Virus record (IMG/VR): IMGVR_UViG_3300010206_000037
Location: 1 to 37,977 of that record
Reading direction: 5' to 3' (one strand)
DNA length: 37,977 nt
Source of the DNA: a virus
Taxonomy: Duplodnaviria > Caudoviricetes
A model generated the notes under the pieces. The model did not search any database, was not told the origin of the DNA, and saw only the letters and a list, made by a program, of their open reading frames with translations. Every line of letters starts with the position of its first letter. The first letter of the stretch is position 1. Of this stretch, positions 17,748-25,303 are shown in pieces. Both the position numbers and the translations under genes were made by a program.

Positions 17748-18041
17748 ATGTCAGGTGTATGGGACTTTCTAAAAATTGACGATTTGCCAAACAAGGAGCT
17801 GCGCTGGATTGCGCGGAATATTGGCATGGAAGTAGCCATAAAGGTTTGGCGGAACTTCAAAGGTGAGCACATTGCCTGTCCCGCAAAAATCGACCGGGAA
17901 ATCGTCTGCCGATATATGCGGGAACACTTTACCAAAACAGCCCATGAGCTTGCAATAGACGCCGGTGTCAATGCCCGGACGATCTACCGTTACAAAGACT
18001 ACAAGCCATCCCGCAACCCGAATCAGACCAGCCTGTTCTAG
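17748..18041 (+). CDS. Mor/C-family transcription activator
   Basis: IARNIGMEVAIKVWRNFKGEHIACP plus a C-terminal HTH (ELAIDAGVNARTIYR). Confidence 0.8.
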   Translation: MSGVWDFLKIDDLPNKELRWIARNIGMEVAIKVWRNFKGEHIACPAKIDREIVCRYMREHFTKTAHELAIDAGVNARTIYRYKDYKPSRNPNQTSLF

Positions 18042-18550
18042 TCCATCAGGTGGGCTAGGATAATGCGCTTGGCCATCTCGATGTCTTCGTCCTGCACCAC
18101 CAGATAGGGGCGTGCAGGAATTTCCACCGACTTGTTGCGCCCGGCCATTCCACCGAACTGGTGGATGCGTGCATAGGGTCTGTTGTCCGGCCCAATGGAT
18201 ACGCCCTCACTGTCAGCCTCATGATGGATGCTGTCCATGAGTCCCCCGCGCATGCCGCTTCCCACCAGTATTCTCCGAGAGGACACGCGCTTTGCAGCCG
18301 AAGCCGTGAGGCCTCCCTTCTTCTTGAAGTCCTTGTTGCGGAGACTCCCCAATATTGTGGCATCGGCAAGTTCTTTCCATTTCTCCGGTCGTCCCCCCTG
18401 CAAGAAATTCTCGCGCACGCTTTTGACTACCTGGTCGCCAATGACCTTCATTGGAACTTCCATGTCATGGATTCGTTGCCGCATGGATTCGAGCCAGGCG
18501 TTGAAGCCCTTGTCGTCGATCTGGATGTCTATTGGGTATCTTGATGCCAT
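18038..18550 (-). CDS. Virion morphogenesis protein (Mu gpG-like)
   Basis: ENFLQGGRPEKWKEL..YARIHQFGG..IPARPYL. Confidence 0.92.
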   Translation of the reverse strand: MASRYPIDIQIDDKGFNAWLESMRQRIHDMEVPMKVIGDQVVKSVRENFLQGGRPEKWKELADATILGSLRNKDFKKKGGLTASAAKRVSSRRILVGSGMRGGLMDSIHHEADSEGVSIGPDNRPYARIHQFGGMAGRNKSVEIPARPYLVVQDEDIEMAKRIILAHLMD

Positions 18551-18556
18551 GGGCGC

Positions 18557-18585
18557 TTGACCTCGGGGGCGGTTTTGGGTATATT
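18557..18585 (+). promoter_or_regulatory. Sigma70 promoter antisense to the head operon
   Basis: TTGACC (18557-18562), exactly 17 bp, TATATT (18580-18585). Confidence 0.75.
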
Positions 18586-18590
18586 GTTGA

Positions 18591-18705
18591 TGTCAATGGT
18601 TCGCGAGGGCTATCTCCCTTTGACCGAATCGGCGACTCCAGCGCCGGAGATGGACGGTGAAGTGGATATCAAAAGGGCCTCTTGGTTAGCCAGGGGGCCT
18701 TTTTT
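18591..18705 (+). ncRNA. Candidate ~115-nt structured small RNA between gpG and gpF
   Basis: Bounded by the promoter above and a plus-strand terminator; internal stems CTATCTCC/GGAGATGG and GGCG/CGCC; no convincing self-contained ORF with an RBS. Confidence 0.6.
18676..18705 (+). terminator. Plus-strand intrinsic terminator
   Basis: GGCCTCTTGG-TTAG-CCAGGGGGCC followed by T6. Two G-U pairs form only on the plus strand. Confidence 0.8.
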
Positions 18706-19918
18706 ATTTGACCTTGACGCCTTCCAATCTCATTTTGGCGATCTGCTTAAGTTCCTTCCGATAGCCTGTCCACGAGAACAAACACCCCTTCTCGGCCCTG
18801 AAAACGAAGAGGAAAGGCTTGACTGCGCCTTCTTCAATAAACACCTTGAAGAAATTTGCAGTGATAGACATTTTGCCCGTCGGGCTCTTGGAAAAAGTAA
18901 AGCGAACCTCTCCGGGATCCGCGACCGTCTCAATGAAAAAATTGACCAGCATTGTGCGGTCAGGCTTCCACTCGTCCTTGCCAGGTGTCAAGATGTGCTT
19001 GCCGATGGCTTTCGGGCTGATGACGAGCGGGTACTTGGAACCGCCGAGGTCTTTCATGATGGTCACGTGGTCTTTCGCAAACACGGCGTCGGAGTCGTTC
19101 CCAAACCGCTTCTCCAGGGCTCCCATGAAGTTCGCCTCGAATTCGGCCTTGTCTTCCGTCTGCCTCGATCTTTTCGGCGCGGCGGTGGCCGGAAGCTGAT
19201 GGTCTGGCCGTCCAGTGTCCTTCCAGAGCCCGTCCTGTTCTGTGATCGTCCATCCGTTTGGAGGCACACCAGGCTTGCCCCATGCCGCATTTCCCACATT
19301 GTAATCCCAGCCCTTGTCGATACCTTTGGTGTCGTCTGCTGGCGTGGGGGCGGTGGACAGCACCTTGAGCCCAAGCGCCTTCACTTCCAAGGCGCTGACA
19401 GGTTCTTTCCAGCATCGACAGCCCCAACCGTTTGGTGGCGTGTGCTTGTCCCACCAGGGATCGTCCAAAGGCAACACGATGTTATTCCATGCCTTGTGCT
19501 CGGGCCGTTCGCGCCCGTCGTCCATGGAGCGGTAGCGGGCGTAGGGATAGATCTTGCGCATCTTCGGGTCTTGCATCTGCCGTTCGCGCCCCGCCGCGTA
19601 GGCCGTATGCACGTTGGTCTGGTAGATGAGGTCGCTTCGCCACTTGCGTGTGCCGTTATACTGCCAGCCGGTCTTGTCCACGATCTGGTCGAACTGCTTA
19701 CGGAACTCGCCAATGCTCATGCCATCGGTCAAGGCCTTCTCGACGGCCTTGCGGAAATCGCACAGGATGTCCTCGCGCATGGCTCCTGCCACCGTGAAAG
19801 CCTTCGCATGCATTTCTCCTTGCAAATCCTTCCATGTCTTCGTGGGCAGGTTGATCTTGTCCTTGAAGAACTTGACGGCGTCCTTGTATTCGCCGGTCTT
19901 GAATCCCATCGCTGTCAT
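18704..19918 (-). CDS. Mu gpF-like head morphogenesis protein with C-terminal PBECR-like nuclease extension
   Basis: AFTVAG, IYQTNVHTAYAAGR, DGRERPEH, PPNGWGCRC, GWDYNVG. The extra C-terminal domain has H..R..IETVADPGEV..FFKVF..WTGY..R.EG. Confidence 0.88.
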   Translation of the reverse strand: MTAMGFKTGEYKDAVKFFKDKINLPTKTWKDLQGEMHAKAFTVAGAMREDILCDFRKAVEKALTDGMSIGEFRKQFDQIVDKTGWQYNGTRKWRSDLIYQTNVHTAYAAGRERQMQDPKMRKIYPYARYRSMDDGRERPEHKAWNNIVLPLDDPWWDKHTPPNGWGCRCWKEPVSALEVKALGLKVLSTAPTPADDTKGIDKGWDYNVGNAAWGKPGVPPNGWTITEQDGLWKDTGRPDHQLPATAAPKRSRQTEDKAEFEANFMGALEKRFGNDSDAVFAKDHVTIMKDLGGSKYPLVISPKAIGKHILTPGKDEWKPDRTMLVNFFIETVADPGEVRFTFSKSPTGKMSITANFFKVFIEEGAVKPFLFVFRAEKGCLFSWTGYRKELKQIAKMRLEGVKVK

Positions 19919-21381
19919 TTTATCAGCCCAGCCTTGTCGAGTATCTCGTAGCGACCCGCCATGTCTGCGGCCATGAAGGCCTGTTCAAGCTCCACGGCGA
20001 TAGCATCGGTGCCAATCTCGGCAAAGGTTCCCAGCAGAGCATCCCTTACGTCTTCAAGGCTGTCGGCATTCTCCACCAGCTTGCGGATGGGATCCAATAT
20101 GTGCGTGCCTGCCACCTTGTCCGCTAGCGCTTTAGCAAAGGAGTCGCCTGGTGTCACGGCATCCGGCCCTTCCGCGAATTCGCCACCGCTCTTGCCGCCG
20201 GTACCGGAAGAAGTCTGAACGACCGTTGCTATGTGTTTGGGGTTGATGCCGAAGGTGTCCACGAAGTAGTCCGCGTTGAAACGCAGGCCCATGCCATGCA
20301 ACTGTTTGTCGCGGGATATGCGACCCATTTGCAGGTCTTCGGGGAGCTGGATGCTGAACCATGGAATGTTCTTGTCTTCGGGCCAGTTGAGCTCGTAGAT
20401 CCAGCGGATGAGCTGGTTCATGGCGGTCTCGACCATGTCCGCGTCGTCCATGGTGAGTTCTTTGCGCACTTCATTGTGGACTTCGCCAAGCGCCCTTGTG
20501 CCGCCGGTGTCCGCCTGTTCGGTGGTGAGCGTCTCGCCCAGCCAGGCCTTGCTCATTTCCCGGTCGGCCCACTTGACGATCTCGGGGTGCGGCATGGATC
20601 CGCCGGTCTTGGATTCCAGCAGGCTCACATCCCCGTTTTCCGGGATCACGGCCACTGCATCGCGCACGAGCCCGGCCAGCTGCTTCAACAAGTCGCTCTT
20701 TTCCTTTTCGGAGGCCGAGCCAGGCACCTTGCCGATCACCTTCGGGTGGCCGAACTTCTCCGCGAAGATCATCCAGAACTTCAGGCCGCCCTTCTTGAAG
20801 GCGATGGGCCAGAAGCAGCGCGACAGGACGGCCTTGCCGTATGGGTTGCTGGCGGAAGCGCGGTGGCGGGCCACGATGAACTTGCGCTCGGGCAGTTCGC
20901 GGATCGTCGAGGTCTTGTCCATCAGAATCAGTTCGCCGTCCTCGTCGAAGCGGAACCACTCCTGCGGCTTGTCCTTGAGCTCCGTGGGCAGCACCAGGCC
21001 ATCGACTACGTCCCAGATCACCTCGTGCACCTGGTAGCCATAGCCGGGGGCCTCCATCATCATCTCGATGGCGTTGCGCAAGCCAAGGTTCCAGAGGTGT
21101 TCCTCCACGAACTTCGCCCGTGTTTTGTCGGCCTTGCCCGAGTCCAGCACCCAGGGGCGGGATGTCACCGCCCGTGTGCGCTTGTCACGCACTGCGTCCA
21201 GGTGTCCGTCCACGAAATTGCGGTAGGTCTGGATGCCTCCACCCTGGGTGCGCAGGATGGGGTCGGGGTTGGGCAGGTACTCCAGGGACGAGAGCCACTG
21301 CACCACGTCGTGGGTCGCCACCTCGGTCCCGTATTCGGGCCGCTGGACGCTTTTTCCTCTGTTCTTGTTTCGCTTGGCCAT
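19915..21381 (-). CDS. Portal protein (Mu gp29, DUF935)
   Basis: LPNPDPIL, NPYGKAVLSRCFWP..FAEKFG.P, MSKAWLGETLTTE, ALGEVHNEVR; GGAG RBS 8 nt before 21381. Confidence 0.93.
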   Translation of the reverse strand: MAKRNKNRGKSVQRPEYGTEVATHDVVQWLSSLEYLPNPDPILRTQGGGIQTYRNFVDGHLDAVRDKRTRAVTSRPWVLDSGKADKTRAKFVEEHLWNLGLRNAIEMMMEAPGYGYQVHEVIWDVVDGLVLPTELKDKPQEWFRFDEDGELILMDKTSTIRELPERKFIVARHRASASNPYGKAVLSRCFWPIAFKKGGLKFWMIFAEKFGHPKVIGKVPGSASEKEKSDLLKQLAGLVRDAVAVIPENGDVSLLESKTGGSMPHPEIVKWADREMSKAWLGETLTTEQADTGGTRALGEVHNEVRKELTMDDADMVETAMNQLIRWIYELNWPEDKNIPWFSIQLPEDLQMGRISRDKQLHGMGLRFNADYFVDTFGINPKHIATVVQTSSGTGGKSGGEFAEGPDAVTPGDSFAKALADKVAGTHILDPIRKLVENADSLEDVRDALLGTFAEIGTDAIAVELEQAFMAADMAGRYEILDKAGLIK

Positions 21382-21511
21382 CGTCATGTCTCCATTTGCC
21401 AACAAGCCCGTTCAAACTCTTTGAATTTCGATTGAAAAAGTTTTCACGGGGCTTTGTTTGTCTTTGAGTGATCGGCCCTCACAGGGGCCTTAAAACGGGT
21501 TTTCCATCGGA

Positions 21512-22924
21512 TCAATAAGTTCGGAAATCAGGGAGTTCGAAGTGACCGCCTCCTGGCCGCCTTCCGTCCGGTTCCCATGGGCTTGCCGAATACGCGAACG
21601 CGGGGCCAGCATCTCTGTCGCGGGCGGCGCTGATCGCCAGTCCGAGGCCCCAGAAATAGTCGCCGTGACCTTTCTCGCTGGAGACGGCATCGTAGCGTAC
21701 GTTGTTCGCGGCGGTGACCAGCTTGCGGACGGAGTGCAGGCTTTCGCGTTGTTCGGCATCGTCGGGGATAAGAATTGTCCGATCCTCAAATTCGCGCAAC
21801 AGTCCAAGGGCCATGTCTTCCTTGGACGCACCGGAGAACGTGACCGCCTCGACGCGATTTTTTCCGAACCGGTCCTGCGCCCGTTCGGCGAACTGGTTTC
21901 CCAGGCCTGTGGCGTCCAGACAGGCCCTGCGCAGCCGTGGCAGTTCGAGCAGTCCGTAAAGGACGCTCTCCTGCTTGCTCCAGGCGGTCTTCTGCATGGT
22001 CTTCAGATAGCGGGTGTACAACGACGAGCCTTGCTTTTCCAGAACGTAGATCACGGAGAGATGGCGACGGCGGGCCACGTCCATACCAAGATATAGGTCT
22101 CCTGCACAATTTCGCAGAGGGGCGAGAATGTCCTTCGTCTCGCACGACTGGATCAGCTCGTAGGATAACAGGGCTTTGGATTCGTCCTGCGGCTGGCACA
22201 TGTATTCCTGTTGCCAGATCGCATCGCTGAGACATCCCTTGCGTTCGCGGTCCAGCCACGCGTCCCGCTCGGCCTTGGTGAGCTTGCGTCCTGCTATGCG
22301 GTCGGCTACTCCTTCGGCGACGGCCAGCGTGATGGGAACCGAATGCAGGCTGTAGTCGATCTCGCCCTTGCGCACCTTTTCGATGAGCAGGTTGAAAACA
22401 CTGCCTACGCCGTTGTGTGTAGAGAGAATGCGGATGGGATAGCCCCACATGGCGGCGGGCTTGGCGGCGGCCCACATCTTCTGGTCGTTGTCGTGCCAGG
22501 CGGATTCGTCCCACACAATCTTGCCACCCTTGGAGCGGAAGGCCTTGGGGTTGCTGGACAGGGTGATGATCTTGGATCCGTTGTGGAACTCGATGATCTT
22601 GCTTTTTACACCCTTGTCTTCGTCTGCAAACTCGACGTCCTCGATGTTGCCCTGCTCCGTATCCGCGATGAGTCCGGCCATGGCGTTCAGCTTGCGGATC
22701 CAGTCCTCGCAATAGTCTATGTATTCGCTGGCGGCCGTGAGGTCGGCGGAGCTGAAATAAACCTTGAGTCCCGGCTGGTCGATGCAGTCGGTCACATCCT
22801 CGAACGACTGCACCCAGGTGCCACCAATACGGCGGGACTTTTCAAAAATCTTGACTGGTGATTTGTCCTGAAGCCAGCGACGCTGGTAAGGCAGGAACAG
22901 GTCGGCAAGGGCGGCGTTCTTCAT
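21512..22924 (-). CDS. Terminase large subunit (Mu gp28-like)
   Basis: LPYQ..EKSRRIGGTW, WDESAW, ILSTHNG, QEYMC, GMDVAR, DATGLG, HGDYFW. Confidence 0.95.
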   Translation of the reverse strand: MKNAALADLFLPYQRRWLQDKSPVKIFEKSRRIGGTWVQSFEDVTDCIDQPGLKVYFSSADLTAASEYIDYCEDWIRKLNAMAGLIADTEQGNIEDVEFADEDKGVKSKIIEFHNGSKIITLSSNPKAFRSKGGKIVWDESAWHDNDQKMWAAAKPAAMWGYPIRILSTHNGVGSVFNLLIEKVRKGEIDYSLHSVPITLAVAEGVADRIAGRKLTKAERDAWLDRERKGCLSDAIWQQEYMCQPQDESKALLSYELIQSCETKDILAPLRNCAGDLYLGMDVARRRHLSVIYVLEKQGSSLYTRYLKTMQKTAWSKQESVLYGLLELPRLRRACLDATGLGNQFAERAQDRFGKNRVEAVTFSGASKEDMALGLLREFEDRTILIPDDAEQRESLHSVRKLVTAANNVRYDAVSSEKGHGDYFWGLGLAISAARDRDAGPAFAYSASPWEPDGRRPGGGHFELPDFRTY

Positions 22925-23331
22925 TTGATCCCGAACAGTTCACGGATGTTCGTCATGGTGTCGCGGCGTTTCTCTTCGGGCGTGCGATCGTCCTTAGTCT
23001 GCTTGGGCGTTTCCTTTTCGTACTTGCGGCTTTTTTCGGCGGTGTTGATGATGCGGTCAAGCGACGCAAATCGCTCGGGTGCCACATCCCGCCCAGCTTC
23101 CATGTCCAGACGTATTTGTCTAGCCAATACTTCGCCCATAGCGAATAGTTCACCATGGAACGCGCCCTCCGACCCGCTTGCCAGGCTGCGTTCACGTTCC
23201 CAATCACCGTCCTTCTTCCAGTTCTGCAACGTGCGGGTGCTAAGGCCCAGCCGGTCACCGATGTCGGCGAGGCTCATCTGGTGAATCACATACAGGTTGC
23301 GAGCCTGTTCCTTGTGCTCGGTCTTGCTCAT
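22921..23331 (-). CDS. Probable terminase small subunit (HTH, DUF1804-like)
   Basis: ARNLYV..SLADIG.RLGLSTRTLQNWK..DW; directly upstream of terL. Confidence 0.75.
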   Translation of the reverse strand: MSKTEHKEQARNLYVIHQMSLADIGDRLGLSTRTLQNWKKDGDWERERSLASGSEGAFHGELFAMGEVLARQIRLDMEAGRDVAPERFASLDRIINTAEKSRKYEKETPKQTKDDRTPEEKRRDTMTNIRELFGIK

Positions 23332-23558
23332 TTTGGACTCCAGCTACGCTGATCCATGCAGCAGGAACGGATCGTCTCCATACTGTTTTTCTGGTCTTCG
23401 CTGTATTTCAGGAACAACTGCTCCCAGCGTTTGTTGCCGTCGTCCTGATTGCGCTCCCATTTGGCATTTTCACTCTTGTAATACACCATGAGCATTACGG
23501 CGAAAACAATGCCGATGCCAAATTGTCTGAGCGCTTCGCTCCAAAAATTCTTGTCCAT
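23328..23558 (-). CDS. Single-TM membrane protein with coiled-coil tail (holin/antiholin-like)
   Basis: GGAGG RBS before ATG 23558; FGIGIVFAVMLMVYY TM followed by a charged tail; first gene of the leftward late operon. Confidence 0.6.
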   Translation of the reverse strand: MDKNFWSEALRQFGIGIVFAVMLMVYYKSENAKWERNQDDGNKRWEQLFLKYSEDQKNSMETIRSCCMDQRSWSPK

Positions 23559-23585
23559 GTTATACCTCCCCGTAAAGGTATCTGC

Positions 23586-23636
23586 ACGGGGCCTGACAAA
23601 GTGGTTGACAATGTCAAACGCACTGTCGGCCCCCGT
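23586..23636. promoter_or_regulatory. Dyad control element of the divergent late operons (probable activator site)
   Basis: TTGACA-A-TGTCAA core at 23605-23617 inside a ~50-bp imperfect palindrome, with outer TGACA (23594) and TGTCG (23624) half-sites. Confidence 0.7.
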
Positions 23637-23652
23637 TGGGTAAGTTTTAGGC

Positions 23653-24924
23653 ATGAACAAAAGCAAGAAAGCATCCAAGTCGTTTACTCCCGCAGAACCC
23701 TGGGTGGAGGCGTTCAGGCCCGGCAATTTCACGGACTTTTCCGGCAAGGAATGGTCCTTCTCCGAGTCCGACATTCAGGATATCGCCGATGGCGTGCAGT
23801 CCCAGTTGCAAGGCGGCTACAAGCCTCCTTTAGTTGCTGGCCACCCCAAGCACGACAGCCCCCGCGTGGGCTCTGTGGTGGATTCCAAAGTGGAGGATGG
23901 CGTGCTGAAGCTGAAAATCGACGAGGTGGATCCGGACTTTGCCGAACAGGTGCAGAAAGGCGGATTCAAATACCTTTCGTCGGCGCTTCACAAGTCTTTC
24001 AAGAAAGGCATCCGACACCTAGGAGCCTTGGGGGCCATGGCTCCCGCCATCAAGGGCATGTCCGAACTCGCTTTCGGCGAAGGCATGTTCGCCGAGGTGG
24101 ACAAGGACGTGGAAGCCGGGGACATCCTTTGCTTTTCCGCCAGCTACGAGTGGGACACGCTGATCCCCACCAGTGTTTTTTCTCGACTGCTCTGGAAATT
24201 AGAAAGCCTGGGTGGCCTGTTCCGCAAGCAGCGTGAGGCCCTTATCGAATCCAAGGGCATTGAATCAGCCGACAAGCTTTTCCCCGAATATCTGGTCAAA
24301 GACCTTGAAGGTATGCGCACCATCATGGAAGACAGCGGCAATTTTCCCAAGGTCAAGCCCGCTGATGGCATTGTGAAAGGCCCTGCCTTCGCCGAAGGTG
24401 ACAATTCTCAGCAGACCGCTCCCCCTCCGAACGAGCCCCCTCCTAGCGAGTCACAGGGCAATTCCGAAGAGGCGGAGCGGCTGCGCAGTGAAAATGCGGT
24501 GCTGAAGGCGCAGTTGGCAGCCAGCGAAAAGGAGAAGCTGGACACCCAGCGTGAATCCGAAAAGGGCGCTTTTGCCGAGAAGCTGGGCGGTATGGTACGG
24601 GAAGGCCGTCTGCTGCCTGCGCAGCGCGTGCACTTCGAGAAGCTGTTCGGAGCCCTGCAGGGCGTGCCGCTGGATGGCGAAGGCATGTTCGGCGAAGGCG
24701 ACAGCCGTGTGAAGCCTGCTGCCATGCTCGACGAGATGCTCGCCACCATGCCCAAGGTACTGGAATTTGGCGAGTTCGCCAAGGATGGCGGCAATAAGTC
24801 AAGCTCGCCTCGCGAGGCCGCCCTGCGCATCGAGAAATACAAGGCGGAGCAGGAGGCCCTTGGCCGCGAACTGACCTTCGCAGACTGCGCGACTGAACTC
24901 AACACACAAAGGAGCATGGCATGA
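23653..24924 (+). CDS. Prohead protease/scaffold (Mu gpI/Z-like)
   Basis: VEAFRPG, PLVAGHP, GGFKYLSS, RHLGALGAMAPAIKGM; coiled-coil C-terminal half. Confidence 0.88.
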   Translation: MNKSKKASKSFTPAEPWVEAFRPGNFTDFSGKEWSFSESDIQDIADGVQSQLQGGYKPPLVAGHPKHDSPRVGSVVDSKVEDGVLKLKIDEVDPDFAEQVQKGGFKYLSSALHKSFKKGIRHLGALGAMAPAIKGMSELAFGEGMFAEVDKDVEAGDILCFSASYEWDTLIPTSVFSRLLWKLESLGGLFRKQREALIESKGIESADKLFPEYLVKDLEGMRTIMEDSGNFPKVKPADGIVKGPAFAEGDNSQQTAPPPNEPPPSESQGNSEEAERLRSENAVLKAQLAASEKEKLDTQRESEKGAFAEKLGGMVREGRLLPAQRVHFEKLFGALQGVPLDGEGMFGEGDSRVKPAAMLDEMLATMPKVLEFGEFAKDGGNKSSSPREAALRIEKYKAEQEALGRELTFADCATELNTQRSMA

Positions 24925-25292
24925 ACAACGCCATTTTCAATTACCAAGCGGAAACCGCATTCAAGCCCTACCACATTGTCGCGTTCGGCGCGGCCTCGAA
25001 TTCGCGCACTGTCGCTTTGGATGCGACGAAAGCCATTGCGGGCATCGCTACCGACGTCGGTTCCGTGGCGGGTGGGCGCGTGGACGTCGTCGAGGATGGT
25101 TCGCATTTTCTGAAACTGGGCGGTCCTGTCGATGCCGGTGACTTCCTGACTGCGGGCACCGTGACCGACGAGCCCGGTCTGGGAGTCGTTTGCACGGTTG
25201 GCCACTATATCTGCCAGGCCAAAGAATCCGGTGTCAAGGGCGACATCATCAAAGTCAACATCTGCCGCGGCCAGATCGCCGCTTCGACCTGA
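24921..25292 (+). CDS. Capsid cement/decoration protein (DUF2190-like)
   Basis: Gly-rich beta protein (GGPVDAGDFLT..GDIIKV) between the protease and the capsid gene. Confidence 0.75.
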   Translation: MNNAIFNYQAETAFKPYHIVAFGAASNSRTVALDATKAIAGIATDVGSVAGGRVDVVEDGSHFLKLGGPVDAGDFLTAGTVTDEPGLGVVCTVGHYICQAKESGVKGDIIKVNICRGQIAAST

Positions 25293-25303
25293 GGAGGTCC
25301 ATC

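Noticed and set aside
18557-19951. 464-aa plus-strand ORF antisense to gpF
   Set aside because: No RBS, its TTG is the -35 box, it runs through a plus-strand terminator, and it has no recognisable motifs. Best explained as an antisense shadow, although a leaderless start at 18590 cannot be fully excluded.
20233-21435. Long antisense ORFs (also 7983-9167, 6402-7220, 27308-28618)
   Set aside because: Shadows of GC3-biased genes on the opposite strand, with no motifs.
23559-23774. Upstream extension of the 148-aa minus ORF
   Set aside because: It overlaps the divergent control region and the protease gene; the RBS supports ATG 23558.
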